A stretch of DNA of 64,000 nucleotides from NCBI GenBank assembly GCA_964187785.1, contig OZ076409.1, positions 47,246,001-47,310,000 of the forward strand, given 5' to 3'. The notes under the pieces were generated by a model. The model made no database searches, was not told where the DNA came from, and saw nothing but the letters and a program-made list of their open reading frames with translations. Source of the stretch: Amphiscolops sp. MND2022. Taxonomy: Eukaryota. Below are positions 12,901 through 26,043 of the stretch, piece by piece. Within the stretch, counting starts at the first letter, position 1. Each line of letters opens with the position of its first letter. A program made the translations under genes and the position numbers.

Positions 12901-13444
12901 GTTCTGGAGTGGTTACATCGCTTTATCATCATTATAGGTGAATTTTGACTAAAGATGAGAAAAAGATGAAAGATTTCCATCGTTTTTCCGTCGTTCTCGA
13001 TTTTAGCACAATTTTCAGGTCTTGGAAGCGTGATTTAGCTATAGATGAGGAAACGATGAAAGATTTCCATCGTTTATTCATCGTTAGTTATTCTAGCACT
13101 GTTTTCAGGTTTTGGAAGCGTGAGTGATGCACAAATGATGAAACATATGGCAACAAGTATTCAATCAAGTAGTTTTATCGCTTTTACATCGTTTTCCAAC
13201 TCTCTCGTTTTCTGGCGTTCTGGTCACGGTCAAACGATGTAATATGGATGAAACTTGTTAGATTGAGTTAAATTATGAGTTCTAGCACCAATAACATCGT
13301 TATTTCATCGTTTCGTGTGTTTCAAAGAGAGGAGGCTTGTCGCGCTAGTTTCCTCTGAGGCGGGAGTTCCCTAGCGAGTGTCAATCTCGTCTATTCGTTA
13401 TGGCGGTCCAGTTTGACCGAGAAACTACTTTCTTTTCTCGTGAC
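10000..13444 (-). mobile_element. Decayed, internally deleted LTR retrotransposon (Ty3/Gypsy-like) with a duplicated 5' region
   Basis: Gag-like ORFs at 11719-12267 and 10212-10682; the latter runs into an integrase Zn-finger remnant (FWPNMRAD..CSAC). Short TG-initiated LTR-like segment at about 13349-13444, followed by PBS-like TAGCGCGACAAG. Confidence 0.6.
10353..13346. repeat. Near-identical direct duplication, period about 1585 bp
   Basis: ORF pairs 10682/12267, 10774/12358 and 11359/12945 are offset by 1584-1586 bp with few substitutions. Confidence 0.95.
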
Positions 13445-14223
13445 AAGCCATTAAATGTAGAAAAGCATCATTTGCTTATTAGCACGATCATGAATTGCGG
13501 ACAAACGGAACTAGAATGCTCAGTATTAAATAGATAAATAGCTCAAAACTCACTGGGGAAATAGGGGGTTAGGTACAAGTAACGTAGGGTTGCTCACAAC
13601 CATAGGTCTTATTATATGACATCATATTGCCCATATCTAAGTACATAAGACATATTATTTACATTACAGATATTTAGTAGATTATATTTCCATCATGCTG
13701 GCATGACACTCGGCGCACAATTCGTTAACTCCGGGGTGACTGACATGAAGTGCACTGATTGATTCTGTGCATAAGTTTTTTTCACTATTTGCTTGTAGTC
13801 TCCGGGGAACTGCTGGTTAACCCACCTTATCAGAATGCCGTGTAAAAATCTTTACTTGGTTTCGATAAAAAGCAAGTTGGTAGTTTGCTCATACGCATGA
13901 GTTCCGCCACGAAACAAAGAGGTTAGCAAAAATGACGATGTCAAACTGAGAGACCACTGGGGAGATGGTGTAGACGATCCACTCATGCGAATTATTCAAT
14001 CCAGAGCAAACACCCCAAACCAAAGAAATAATGAACCTCCGGATTCAGTTGATCAAAACAAAGCACATGAAAACTCAATTGAATTAAAAGCTTTCAAGAG
14101 AATTTTCGAGGAGGCTAGAAATTAAGAAAAATTAGGCATATAATGCCGCGATCAACAAAGTCAAATTAGCTAGAGATACCAAAGATTTTTCCATCTTTAC
14201 CAAAGTTTTTCCATCTTTTTACC

Positions 14224-14289
14224 AAAGTAGTTAATTGCGTGAACCTGGAATAGGAATTCCTATTCCAGGTTCACGCAATTAACTACTTT
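14224..14289. repeat. Perfect 66-bp palindrome
   Basis: AAAGTAGTTAATTGCGTGAACCTGGAATAGGAA is followed directly by its reverse complement. Confidence 0.95.
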
Positions 14290-14502
14290 TTTATTCATAA
14301 GTTTGTTTCCAGTTTTTGCTGAAAATTCGTTACCTGTGGTGGAATAGCAAAAGCTCCAAAACAAGAGACGGGCTAAATGTTTTCAGACACCCTTTCAAAA
14401 TCTTCCAGTTAGTAGTTTTTTGTCCAGCCTCATACTCAACTTTTGTGTTCAATTTGTTCATTATCATTTATTCCAGGAGCAAGCCTGAAGTGCATCGATG
14501 GG

Positions 14503-14670
14503 TGTTTTTTCAATGAAAATTCTAAAATCTTACAGCGCCGAAAAAACATGTCAAAAAAGTGTATAAAAGATATTTTATACACTTTTTGACATTTTGAATT
14601 AGCAAAAGCATTTTAAACCCCTTTGTGTTTTTTCGGCGCTGTAAGATTTTAGAATTTTCATTAAAAAACA
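14503..14670. repeat. Nested inverted repeat (MITE-like)
   Basis: Outer arms of about 45 bp (AATGAAAATTCTAAAATCTTACAGCGCCGAAAAAACA) enclose an inner hairpin at 14548-14592. Confidence 0.8.
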
Positions 14671-14776
14671 GCCTTCTAGCATATCTGGGCTTTAACCAGG
14701 GAGTCGATTTCCGTCTTGTTTCATACTATGCTGTTTCAGGTGTCTGATACTGTATTCAATTTCATCGGAACCTGTT

Positions 14777-15352
14777 TTGCCTATCTTGATGAAACATGCA
14801 TTGAAATTGGAGCTATACACTCGAAAAATTGACGAAATTGGTGGAAAACGAGGCCAACTAGTTTTCCAGTACACTGTAATGACAAACCTACATGTTTTTG
14901 ACTTCTACGAGGGAAAAGTTTCAAAAGTTCGAACAACTGATCAAAACTTCCGACATGTAAACATTGAACAACTTCTAAGAGACTCAGTTTTCACCATACT
15001 TACGGTTCTCGACAGCGATTCCAACGTTTTGGGTGACTTTGTTTTTGACCACAGCAGACAGAGACATGATTCGACTAATTGGATGTCAAATGGGGACCTT
15101 GTTCTAGAAAATTCTAGAAATTTCTATCTGAACGAGGATTCAAGGGGGCACGTTTTGTTTGATCCAACAGCCATGTACAACAAGGAGTTTTATTTTGTCG
15201 TGGGCCAACGCGATGTTGGGTGTAATCTGGAATTCGGGTGGTTCTCAGTTATGTGTTTAAAGGGAAACGAAAGGTGCGCATGGTACAATAACTTTGTTCC
15301 GTTTTTGATAATTCATTTTTTGATGATCAGGAAAATATGTCGAAAGACTTAG
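14777..15352 (+). CDS. Exon encoding the same uncharacterised repeat domain (boundaries approximate)
   Basis: QLVFQY, NFRH, FVFD..TNWMS and GCNLEFGWFSVMC..CAW are colinear with motifs in the 7810 and 31297 ORFs. Confidence 0.55.
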   Translation: MPILMKHALKLELYTRKIDEIGGKRGQLVFQYTVMTNLHVFDFYEGKVSKVRTTDQNFRHVNIEQLLRDSVFTILTVLDSDSNVLGDFVFDHSRQRHDSTNWMSNGDLVLENSRNFYLNEDSRGHVLFDPTAMYNKEFYFVVGQRDVGCNLEFGWFSVMCLKGNERCAWYNNFVPFLIIHFLMIRKICRKT

Positions 15353-16405
15353 AAAAACATGACTCTAAAAACAATTGATTTACCTATTCTTTTACTTGAA
15401 ATATTTTTATTACTGGGTACTTTATTCGGTGTCAGGTTAGAATGACTGTAAATAAGCTGGGTATGGTCACACCTTCAGTTTTTCCTTGGTGAAAAATGCC
15501 AACAGTGAAAATGCAAAGTTTCCGAAATATTTGGTAGTGAAAACACTGCAATGCGCATCTCGATGACAGAAATAGTGGAAAGCGGTTTGTGGGAAAGAGA
15601 ATTGGTTCACTAACTCTACATGTGGTGCCGTCGATCAATGCATGATACTATACTCTCAAGAAGGTCAGATCGTTATTTATGATGATGATGATGCTTTACT
15701 TTAAAAAAACGTCATAAAACAGTTCGTCTCAAGATTTTATGTGTTTTGAGCTAAGAACGAGACTTAGGATCCAGATTTATTCATTAAAGGCTAATATGAG
15801 CTTCACTGGGCTACGATAAAAACTGAAAACACTGAAAACTGAATTCTAGAATAAAAATATTGAATACGAAATAAAATTTTCTATAATCATTTTACAAAGA
15901 AGTCGCAGGTGCAGAAATAACGAAAATGTTTTGTTTCGAAATGTGACAAATTAGAAAAGCAACACCGCTTTGTATTTTTGAATACTGGAGTTTTCGCAAA
16001 CTAGCATTATATTGCAAACCGTTGGCCATAACGAGAAACACCAGCGAAAAAATCGTTACGTTTGAATGTGTTCCCTAATTTTTGCTTACGAAACTTCTTC
16101 GCTAAAAACGCTCTCTTGATGAATTTAGACAGCAAAGTGATCTCACAATGCACCGTTTACTCCGTTGAATAATGGTTTCGCAACTGTTTTTGGGTATTTG
16201 TTTTTAAAGGGGGCGTTTTCTAAGGAAGTGTTAATCAGAAGACGCCCTTTGAGCAGCACTCGCTAATTCTTTTCAACCCTGTTTGAAAATTTTCTTAGAG
16301 AATCTGCTGGAACTTTTTCATTGGTTTTTTAACACTGCAGTAATTCATACCCACAAAAACCTCCGAAAATTATATTATTTTCAGCGTGTAAAATCGACGT
16401 TTGGT

Positions 16406-19400
16406 TGTTATGGAGTAAAATAACTATGTAACTCAAATGAAAAGATTTCAGATTGATGCAACTGTATTTGATGAATAGACCAAATGGTGAATGATATTTG
16501 TTTTTTCTCAGATAAGCACAGTTGTGTTAGTACTCAACATGTTATTCTTTTTTTGTTACATTGAGGGAGGTCTGCAAGGTGTGAACGATCTACCACATCC
16601 CCCACAGTAAATAAACAAGCATGGTATACAAATGTAAAACAATCTGTTTTACAACTAAACTGGTAAAAAGTATATAAAATAGGGATGTATTGTATCTACA
16701 TTAAAGTTAATTCAACCTACATACAACAAGTTCTGTTTTAATGCTATACGTGCATTGTTAGTTTTTTGGTGAGTTTTCTTTTCTTCAGTACTCGGGTGAT
16801 TCCCCCCGTCTCTCTTCGCTTCGTTCTTTTGATGATGATACTTGTGTGCCCATTACACTGTGCCCATAAAAGTTGGGCGTTGTGCAGCATCATTGTCCTA
16901 GTCTATTGTCCTTTGGTCATTCTGTTATTGCTGTTCCCTTTTACATTTCGGTTTGGGTTTTGTTTTGTTCTACTTGTTGCTCCTCTTCCCCTTTTTCTCG
17001 TATGTCTCCTCCTTCTGACTGTGACATGCTTTCTTGTACTTCGATAATTTCGGTATGAGTTACTTTCTTCTTCTTTTGTTTCTCGCTCGTCAGTTGTTCT
17101 GTCCTCAGCTTTTGCTTTAGTGCGGCTAAAGCTGGCAGCTGCTTCTTTTTGATTGGTTCATTCGTTGTTGGCAAAAACTTTGTTATTTTCCGACCCCACA
17201 AAAAAATTTGGGGGAGGAAATTCATGATCTGTGATGCGTTTTTTTCCAAATTTTGCCAAATCTCCTGTCCTCACTTAGTTATTTTACTGATTTTAGTTAC
17301 TTGACTATTTTAGTTGCTAAAATAGTCAAGTAACTAACTATCTTACAGTGGGGAATCTAAAGTCAAAAATGGGAATAAAATCCAACGGGAATGGGATTTA
17401 AAATTTCAGGACATAATTAAAATCTAAAGCGAATAAGATCTTAAATCACTGAATTTTACATCTTATTCTTTAAATCCTATTCCGCCTTCCCAAAACAGCT
17501 AGGGCTTAGTTGGTGAAGGCAAAAAGGCGGAAAAGGTCCCGGTGGTTAGCGGGCGTCTTGTTCATGTATAATTTCACTTTCTGGTGGCTCGCTGGTTTTT
17601 GTCACTTTTGTAATTTTCTGTTCACCTGTTCCTCTTTGCTATCTGCTTTTCTCGCGACTCGTTTGGACTCGGAGATGATTGTCGATTGTCTTTTGCGATC
17701 GCCCGCTGGTAAAAACCTAGAGGTATGATTGCTCTGTTCGAGAAGTACCCCCGTCTTCCTCAGCTGGTACGTTCGTTCTAGTTTTGAGCCTCTTGCTCGT
17801 TCTCAAACCAGAACGGTAGAATCTTGTCCAGAATCGAAACCGTCTTCCGTCAGAGTGAATTCCGGCGTTTCTGAAATTTTTTTTATACTTGGTTGTTGTC
17901 CTGTATATCGTTCGCATGGGGGCAAATTCATGACTGATGGATTCAATCGGGTGCGCTAATAGTATTTGCGAAAACCCTGATGTATCCTTCTGGATTACTT
18001 CTGGATTACTACTTTCTTATAGGCCCTTTTCTGGCCCCCTTTATAGGCCTCCGTTTTTTCCTGATTAGGCTTTCTATTTTTCCGTGTTTTAGGGTCCTTG
18101 ATGGGACATTCTACGTGTTTTATCAGTCGTTTCTCGCAAAATTCTTTTGAATTTGTCACTCCTCAAGGTAGTGTCTGGGTTCTTTCGTATGGTTCGGGGA
18201 ATAACGTGTCGTGTTATTTTTTCCTTTAGCAACTCAATTACCCGTTCGGTGTTCGGTTTTCTTAACAACAGTGCTTCTCGCCATCCGTTAAAATGATCTA
18301 TTGGTACTAGCAAGTATTGCTTAGCTTTAGCGGTGTCTTTGAAAAGGCCACGCCTCATCTATTGCTATTTCTTGATTATTCTCTACTCATTTTGGCAGCT
18401 TTCCTATTTGGCTTTGCTTTAGTAGTGGTTTCATTTTCTTACGGGCTGACTGGGCAGCTATTACCACAACTTCGCGGTGTAATCTCGGCTACCACACATT
18501 TGAAACCGTGGCTAGGCTTGCTTCCTGTCTCTGCAAGGGTGTCCGTAATGCAGGCCTCGAAACATAAATGGCCGCAACGCATTTGGAACAACTAGCTGCT
18601 CGTCGCTATAAGAATAGTCGTTGCTGTCCAAGCTGAAACACCTTGACGTCTCTCGTCAAGGTGCTGGCAGTCAAATATTCTGGGTGGTGCCTGGCTTTTT
18701 CACTAAAGTAATTACTTTCTGCTTGCACTCATCAGCTTCGAAGTGCGCGGCGAACGTGCAAGTTCCCAATGATTGCATGATCTCTTGATTTATCGAGAAA
18801 CAAATTGGTGTTTTTATTGTGGTTTGCTTGCAAATTCAATAGTACTATTGTTGCTTTCCGAGTCAGTTGAACGAATGCAGTTTCTCACAATCAATTTTAT
18901 CGATGTTTTTTTTCGCTCGAATTAATCGAGGCAATGATGCTCCATAATGTTTGTGCGCGTTGTTCAATTTCTACGATCTCACTTGCCACTTCACGTTTGT
19001 CCGTCCGTTCGCTTGTGATTGCCAACTCCCCTCTGATTGGCTGATATTTTGCACCACTCTGAGTGTCCGCTTCATTTAAAACCGGCTTTTGATGTTTTAT
19101 TTCTTTCACCGTAAACTAGGTATTTCAAAGTTCCTCAGTCTTTAGTTAGTTAGTTTTATTGGTTGCTGACGAATGTCCAGCTAAGTAATCCACTACTCCC
19201 TATGTTCTTCCTGGTTCACTTTTTATTGTGAGTTGGAATGGCCACAACCTATCTGCCCAGCTGGTAAGCCTACTAGAAAATGTTTGTTTTCTCTATTTCC
19301 TTATGTTAGATCTTTGTGATCAGATACTATTTCGAAATTTATCCCGCATACCTAAATTCTAAAATATCCTACTGACCAGACTGCTGCTAGAAATTCTAAT

Positions 19401-22102
19401 TCATTTATTGAAAACTTCTGCTCAAAGGTTGTCAGGAATCTCGATGCAAATTGGACCGCTCTCCAACCTTGCTCTGTCTTCTGCTGCTGCACTTCTCCCA
19501 GTCCGTCTCTACTGGCATCACACACAATTCTCATCGGTTGGTTCATTTGAAGTGTTTTATTGTTCTTACCTTTTGTATTGCTCTTTTAAGTTTTTGGAAA
19601 GCCTGCTCGTGCTCCTCTGTCCATTCTCACTACTTTTCGTTGCACAGTAGTGGTCGTAAAGTTGCGCTTGGTTGAGCTAGATTTTGAATGAATTTATTGA
19701 ATTCGATTTATAGCGCCCATGAACGACCTCAGTTCCATCAAGTTATTTGGATTTTTTTCATTTTATCTGTGATTCCTTGAACTCTTCCATCCAGTAGTTT
19801 GGTTCTTTCTACAGTTTTTCGCTATGTGCAAAACTGCATTTTCTCATTTTAGTCGGATCACTGCGTCATCCCGTGTTGCTACTTGGTGATCTTTGTTTTG
19901 TCACTATTAAGATTTCGTCGGTGAAAGCAAAAGTGTTTGATTTATCTTGGAGAAATTTTTTCATGAACTTCTGGAACTCGGGCGTCATTATCGTTAATTC
20001 ATAATAGCCCGTATTGGACGCATACGTTCCAGTGGCTCTACCCTCCATAAGTTGAAAATGACGTAGTTTGGCAGATTCCGTGTGCAGTTCTGTTTGGCCG
20101 TATACGTACAACATATCGAAGTACGTGAACGTTACTGTACCTTTTACTTGTGTATTGATTATTTCAGCGACATGTTCCATTAAATTCTCAAAGTTGAACA
20201 TTTCATCTTTTCATTTGTTTTATTAGGTGATCTGGCATCTTAGGCTATTTTGATATTTTTATCCTTCTTTACTGTAATCACTATCGGTTGGATAAAGACT
20301 TCATTGCTCACCTTCTCCACTAGTTTGATGTGTCCATCTGTTAACAATTTTTCGATTTCAATATCCACAGCCTCTATTAGTCGTAGAAGCACTCTTCTTC
20401 CCTTTTGTTGGGTTGTTTGGCGTCTTTTTTTGGCTCGTTTTTAATTGTTATCCGTTTCTTTTCCATTCCGAGTAAATAAGTTTCCCAATTGAGAAATTTT
20501 TGTTTCCACTTTTCGTTTTCTAGTTCTTTTATGTTACAAACAATAATATTGTACTAACTGTTTGTTTTCCTTTGCAGTTCAAACTCTGAAGGTTAATTGC
20601 ACAAGCCAGTCCCTTCTAGCCAGTGATTTGGTACCGTTTCTGGGTACGCTTTAATACCTGTTTCCCCACTTTTACTTCTGCATTGAGGTATCCCACCAGA
20701 TTGATTTAACGGTTGGCCGTTGTAATCCCCATATGTTTTTTTTGGGCATCGGTCCGCTTGAGTGAAAACAGGGATTGGTGAACCTGAATCTATCTTGCAG
20801 TGAATGGTTCTTTGTTTTTTCTACCTTTCGTTACAAAAGTTGTCGCTGCCATTTACATGAAGGACCATGTTGTCTTCTTCTGTCTCAGTTCTTGTTTCTG
20901 ATTGGTCACCCTTTCGTCCAATCACTTTAACACGTCGCTTTCCGACACGGTTGTTGTTTCTGCGTCTTCCTTTGAAGACGCCAGGTTTTCCTTTCTTGCA
21001 TATTCTTGCGAAATGTCCAGTCGTACCACAGCTTCTACATTGTTCAATTTTTGCTTTGCAGCTAGCTAGATGATCTTTTGTGATTTGTAATGTAAGTTCT
21101 GTGTTGGTTCAACCCCCTTGATAGGCTACTGCAAGCCTCGAAGCTTCTTGTGGGTAATTTTTCGGCTTCGTAGACAGACGCTCTTGTACGTTTTATTGTT
21201 CATATTATTGTTCATATATTGTTGTATGAACGCGTCATTTTCCGGCTTCGTACATAGACGCACTCGTACGATTATATTGTTAATATTGTTGTTCATATAT
21301 TGTTGTATGAACGCGTTCATAATTGAGCTGTAATTTGATCTCCAAAATCGAACTCAACTCAAGGTGTCCCAAAGTTGTTCGAAATTGAGGTAATGTTTCC
21401 TTGTCCTTCTGCTTTCGTGAGAAGAATTTGAATCTTTCTAATGTTCGATTGCCTGGTTTGCTAAGTGCCTGCTCGCAATTTTCTTTTAATTCCCTCAGAG
21501 ATACCATTGACAGTATCATCTGCGGAAATTTGTCGGTTAGACTTTTCTTGGCTGCTGTTCCCAGCGGTAGAAACTTTCTACCGCTGGGAACAGCAGCCAA
21601 GAAAAGTATAACGGACAAATTTCCGCAGATGATAGTGTCAATGGTCAGTATCTTCTTGAAGAAGATACTGACCAGTTTTCTCTCGGCAGCTTGTCCATTT
21701 AACTTATTGATTAGTGCTACGTTTTGTATTCTCCATCACTGTTCTCAATAACTCGTCCACAGAGATCGAATATTTTGCATTCACTACGACCATAAAAAGG
21801 AACCACCCACATTGTTTCTGCGGGCACATCTGCAGAATTGCAGTATGCTGGGAATCCGGATACAGCTGATGTCCATCCTGCTATTGCCACATCTCCGCTG
21901 GTTGACGAATCACGCAGCGCCTTGTTATGGAATAAAGTAAGTATGTAACACAATGGAGAATATTTCAGATTGAGGCAACTGTATTTGATGAACAGACCAT
22001 AGAGTGATTGATTTTTGTTGTTTCTCAGATAAGCCAAGTTGTCTTTTTTATCACATTGAGGGAGGTCTGCAACGTGTGAACGCACGCTAGCGCTCTACCA
22101 CA
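16406..22102 (-). mobile_element. Full-length but decayed Ty3/Gypsy LTR retrotransposon
   Basis: LTRs at 16406-16597 and 21923-22102 (TG...CA). PBS-like AGGCGCTGCGTG after the 5' LTR, PPT GGGGGA before the 3' LTR, TSD TTGGT/TTTGT. Fragments of gag (LERFKFFSRKQ), RT (19866-20201), RNase H (CDAS..FASRFL..ELE) and integrase (18089-18358). Confidence 0.9.
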
Positions 22103-23282
22103 TTTGTCTCAGTGCTAGTGGTTGCTTCCTTCATCTTTGTTTTCTCTTCTGAGTGTGTTTTTTCGCAAGACCAAGGTAAGCTAAGGGCAAAGAAATAGCC
22201 AGCCAGAATACCCCGACCAGAAAAAGTTACACAGATTTGAACCTGGACCAGCACCTCTACGAATCGGAGGTTTCCACCACCAAAGGAATGCTTTAAAAAT
22301 GTTTCAACATAGGCCTTATCATCTAACCACTGCACCACAATCCCCGAAAACCATAGTTTCAAATGTTTTGAACTTCTGTTGATTGAAAACTGAGAGAAGC
22401 GAATTTGGTAACCTAAGACATCTCTGGATCTTCATAGCTATGGAAAGATTGGTTCAACAAGTTCAAACAGTAATTTTTTAGGACGCATAGGGTCCACATT
22501 TTTGTTCATTGTTTCAACATCTTGAACTACGGAGGTTCAAAACATTCGAAACTTCAGAACCTTGTCCAAAACAAAAAAAAACAAACTCGCGTCCAGAGCC
22601 TCCAAAACATACTGAGCTATCCCCATTAGCTATCTTGGTGTTTTTCATTTTTTCGGCACTATGAGTCCTTTTCCCCTTCATTTGTTCCCCCTTCATTTGT
22701 ATCGATATTTTGCAACGGAATGGATTAAAAAAATCTCAACAGGTCCCCTTTCTACATTTTTTGGCTCTGTGACATTGTTCAAAAATCACATTAAGGGGAC
22801 CGAAGGGTCTCCTTTTAACAAATTATAAACATTGCGCTTTCTGAGCTTTAGATATAGCACCGACTTTGGCCGTTCAAAAATATTTTTTTGATTTCACACT
22901 TCTGTTGATTGAAACCTGAAAAAAAATGAATTTGGTAATCCAAGACATCTCTGGATTTTCATAGCCACGGAAAGAAAGGTTCGAAAAACTGCATTAAACT
23001 TACGAAGGATGTTTTCTTGTTCATTGCGGCCGTTTCACTGAAGAAATTATCAATGATTTTTTGTACTTCCTATGTAGCCAAACGAACCAAATTACAAAAA
23101 TCAACAATCAAACATGAGATTGTTGGAAAGTTTTGGTGCATATCTCGCAATTTTTATATTACAAAATTTTAATTTAAAAATAGAAACAGTAGCCAGAGTT
23201 TTTAGTTTTTTTTTCAAACTCACAAATGTGTAGGTATTAAACAAAATTGGCTTAGAATGACAGTTTTCGGCCGTTTTTATTG

Positions 23283-24050
23283 TTTTTAGTCAGCGCTTTT
23301 GATGCAAAGTGTCTTTGCTAAGACGCGTAAGTTCCACATTTTTGTTCATTTGTTCAAGAACTTGAACTACGCAGGTTCAAAACAATCGGAACCTCAGAAC
23401 CTTGTCCAAAACAAAAACAAACCAAAACAGACGTCCAGAACCTCGAAAACAAAATGAGTATCCCCCATAAGCTGTCTTGGTGTTTTTCATTTTTTTCGGC
23501 ACAATGAGTCTTTTTTGAAAAGTATTGGATTGTACCAGAGAGTTCCCCGTTCATTAATTTCGATATTTTGCAACGGAATGGATTTTAAAAAATCTCAACA
23601 GGTCCCCTTCTACATATTTTGACCGTGACCTTAGTCAAAAATCACATTTTTGGTTTTTTTTCGAAACTTTTTTAAAGTCTCCAAACGGTCCACCGTTCAA
23701 TTTTGAAAATTTTATCCTGTGGAACTGATGCGTTTTCCTAATGATTGTGAAATTGATAAGTTATCATAACGATTAGATTGTAGAAAATACCTTTTTTTCG
23801 CTTTTTTTCGGCTAAGGTTGAGAAAAGGTAGTTTTGTGAGCTGAAACGTTTTTCCACACTATGAGACTCTCTGGAAAGCTTCAAAACACAAATTTTTGTT
23901 TTGCTTGTTGAAAAAAAGTGGTTAATGAGTCTCAGGTGTAATTGTTGGCTTATTATTATTACGGAGAAAATAGAAGCAGTTCGGAACGAGTGTCCTTTTC
24001 AAGTTTAAGAAACTTGAGCTGGCGCCAACTTTCGCAGCTACAGGCTTGTT
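23283..24050 (-). mobile_element. HINE/DINE-1-like element; a related partial copy lies at about 22490-22877
   Basis: Begins TTTTTAGTCAGCGCTT and ends GGCGCCAACTT..GGCTTGTT, the reverse complement of the family termini. Confidence 0.6.
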
Positions 24051-26043
24051 GTATTATCGCACATAAGGTCATCAGATGTGCCAAGTTTGGAAAAAGTGAG
24101 TACGTTTGACAACTTTGGTGTCAATTCGAAGAATCTTTTTCTAGCACGAAACTACAGATGTCTGTTCTAAAAAGCCTACTGGACACCAGATTCAGTTCAT
24201 GTTGAAAATTACACCAGTCAAACTCACGCTATGGCTCGACATTTCAACAAATTGCAAGAAAACGTCATTTTTTTTGATTTTTTGGTTTTCCGGTCTTATG
24301 GTTTCTTCCTAGGTGGGAAACTACAAAAACAATTTCCTCTTCAGAGCGTACTCCATAGCTACTGAATTTGCTTGGAGACTATTGAATATTAAACATTTGA
24401 CACATATTTCAAAGGTGTGCAAAAAAATCTTGTCCGACATCTTTTAGAAACACTACTAGCTACACGTTTCAATCCTGTGCCTTTGGGCATTCTGATTGAA
24501 CTAAATTATCGGAAATTGTCCAAAATAGGAAAAATTTGGAAATTTTGACACCTTTGGTTTCAAATTTGAAGAACTTTATCTTACATTCTTTATCAAATTG
24601 CGTTTTGAATACTTTATTGATTCAACGTTCCTGTCAAGGTTCTATTTCACAAAACTTTTCATTTGAATTAGGTTAAATTGTCAAAAAACGTGGTTTTCTG
24701 TCCTTTTCTGGATTTTGCGGCGTTTGAAAACAAGTCCAACAACAAAACGCAGTTATATCTCTTTAAAAGCGCTCATTGTATACCAATATTAGTCGTTGCT
24801 GAGAGTTCCAAATAATAGATGCAAGGAAATTGCTGAAAATTATACAAAAACACTGCATTTCCGCATGTTTGGGTCATTCTGAGTAATCTTTTTTCAATGA
24901 AAATTGCATAGTGCTAACTTATACGCGTGCCACGGACCTATTTATATCATCTGGAAATTTCATTGAAGCTTTTATCACACTAAAGTTTTCTAATCTCAAA
25001 GAAAACAATACTGAGGTTGTCAGAAATCAATAAAACTTTGACATTTTTGTTTTGTTGCGGTCATATTTGACGCATTTGTCAACAGAAGTGTGCATAATGT
25101 CGTCTACGAGCCCACTGGATAACGCGTTCAATATTTGTTGAACGTTATTTTTATTACGACGCCAAAAAATTCAAGTAAGTTGCATGAAAACGTGAAGATT
25201 CCGATTCATTCTGAAATGTTTTACAAGCAAAACGCTGCAACGATCTCTTCAAAAAGAAACTGTATATCTTGTTTTTTTTGTTTTTGAAAGTTTTGGAACT
25301 TCTAACTTATGATATCTTTCGGTAAATATACAGAAATTGCAATGAAAACGACAAAAACGTATACTTATCTCTTGACAGGAGCTTACTGAAACAACGAAAT
25401 CTTCCATTGTTAACAGTCTTAACAATCTAATATAGAAACAAAATTACAAAACAAAAACAAAAACGGTAATAATTAGAAAAATTTTAGAAATTTTGTCTTG
25501 TTCGTTGTCCATTCGAGACAATATTTAAAGAAAACACAACATATATTTGTTCACCAAGCCTGCTGGACAACAAACTGGTTTCTGGTTGACTCTTTTCAGC
25601 ATTCCAATCCAGGAAGTATGTCGAAAATTTGCCAAAATGGCATTTAATTTTCGGATTTTTCGTAATTTATCTTTTCGGAATAGCTTTTTGCAAAATGAAT
25701 TCTTGCCTTTTTGAACGGTTTCAACTTTATATTCCAGGATGTCTATCGATATATTGACAAAAATCGCAAAAAAAACGTTGAAAATCGGGAAGATTAGGAA
25801 ATTTTGGCAATTTCGGGGTCACTTTGGGTCATTATGAGGTCATTTTCGTCACTCCCAAAAAACCAAAAACCTATACAAATACATATCGCACGAAGCTAAA
25901 ATGATGTGAGTTGAATTATGTGGTTAACACCCTAACATTTGAGTATTAATTATGATGATACACAGCAAATTTTGTAAAAAAAAAACAGTTGATTTAAATA
26001 TTTTCTTTTACCATATGGAAAACGGACAGAAATAAAAAAGACG

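Noticed and set aside
13884..14124. Open frame of about 80 codons (NDDVKLRDHWGDGVDDPLM...)
   Set aside because: It could be an exon, but I see no recognisable motif or clear splice partner.
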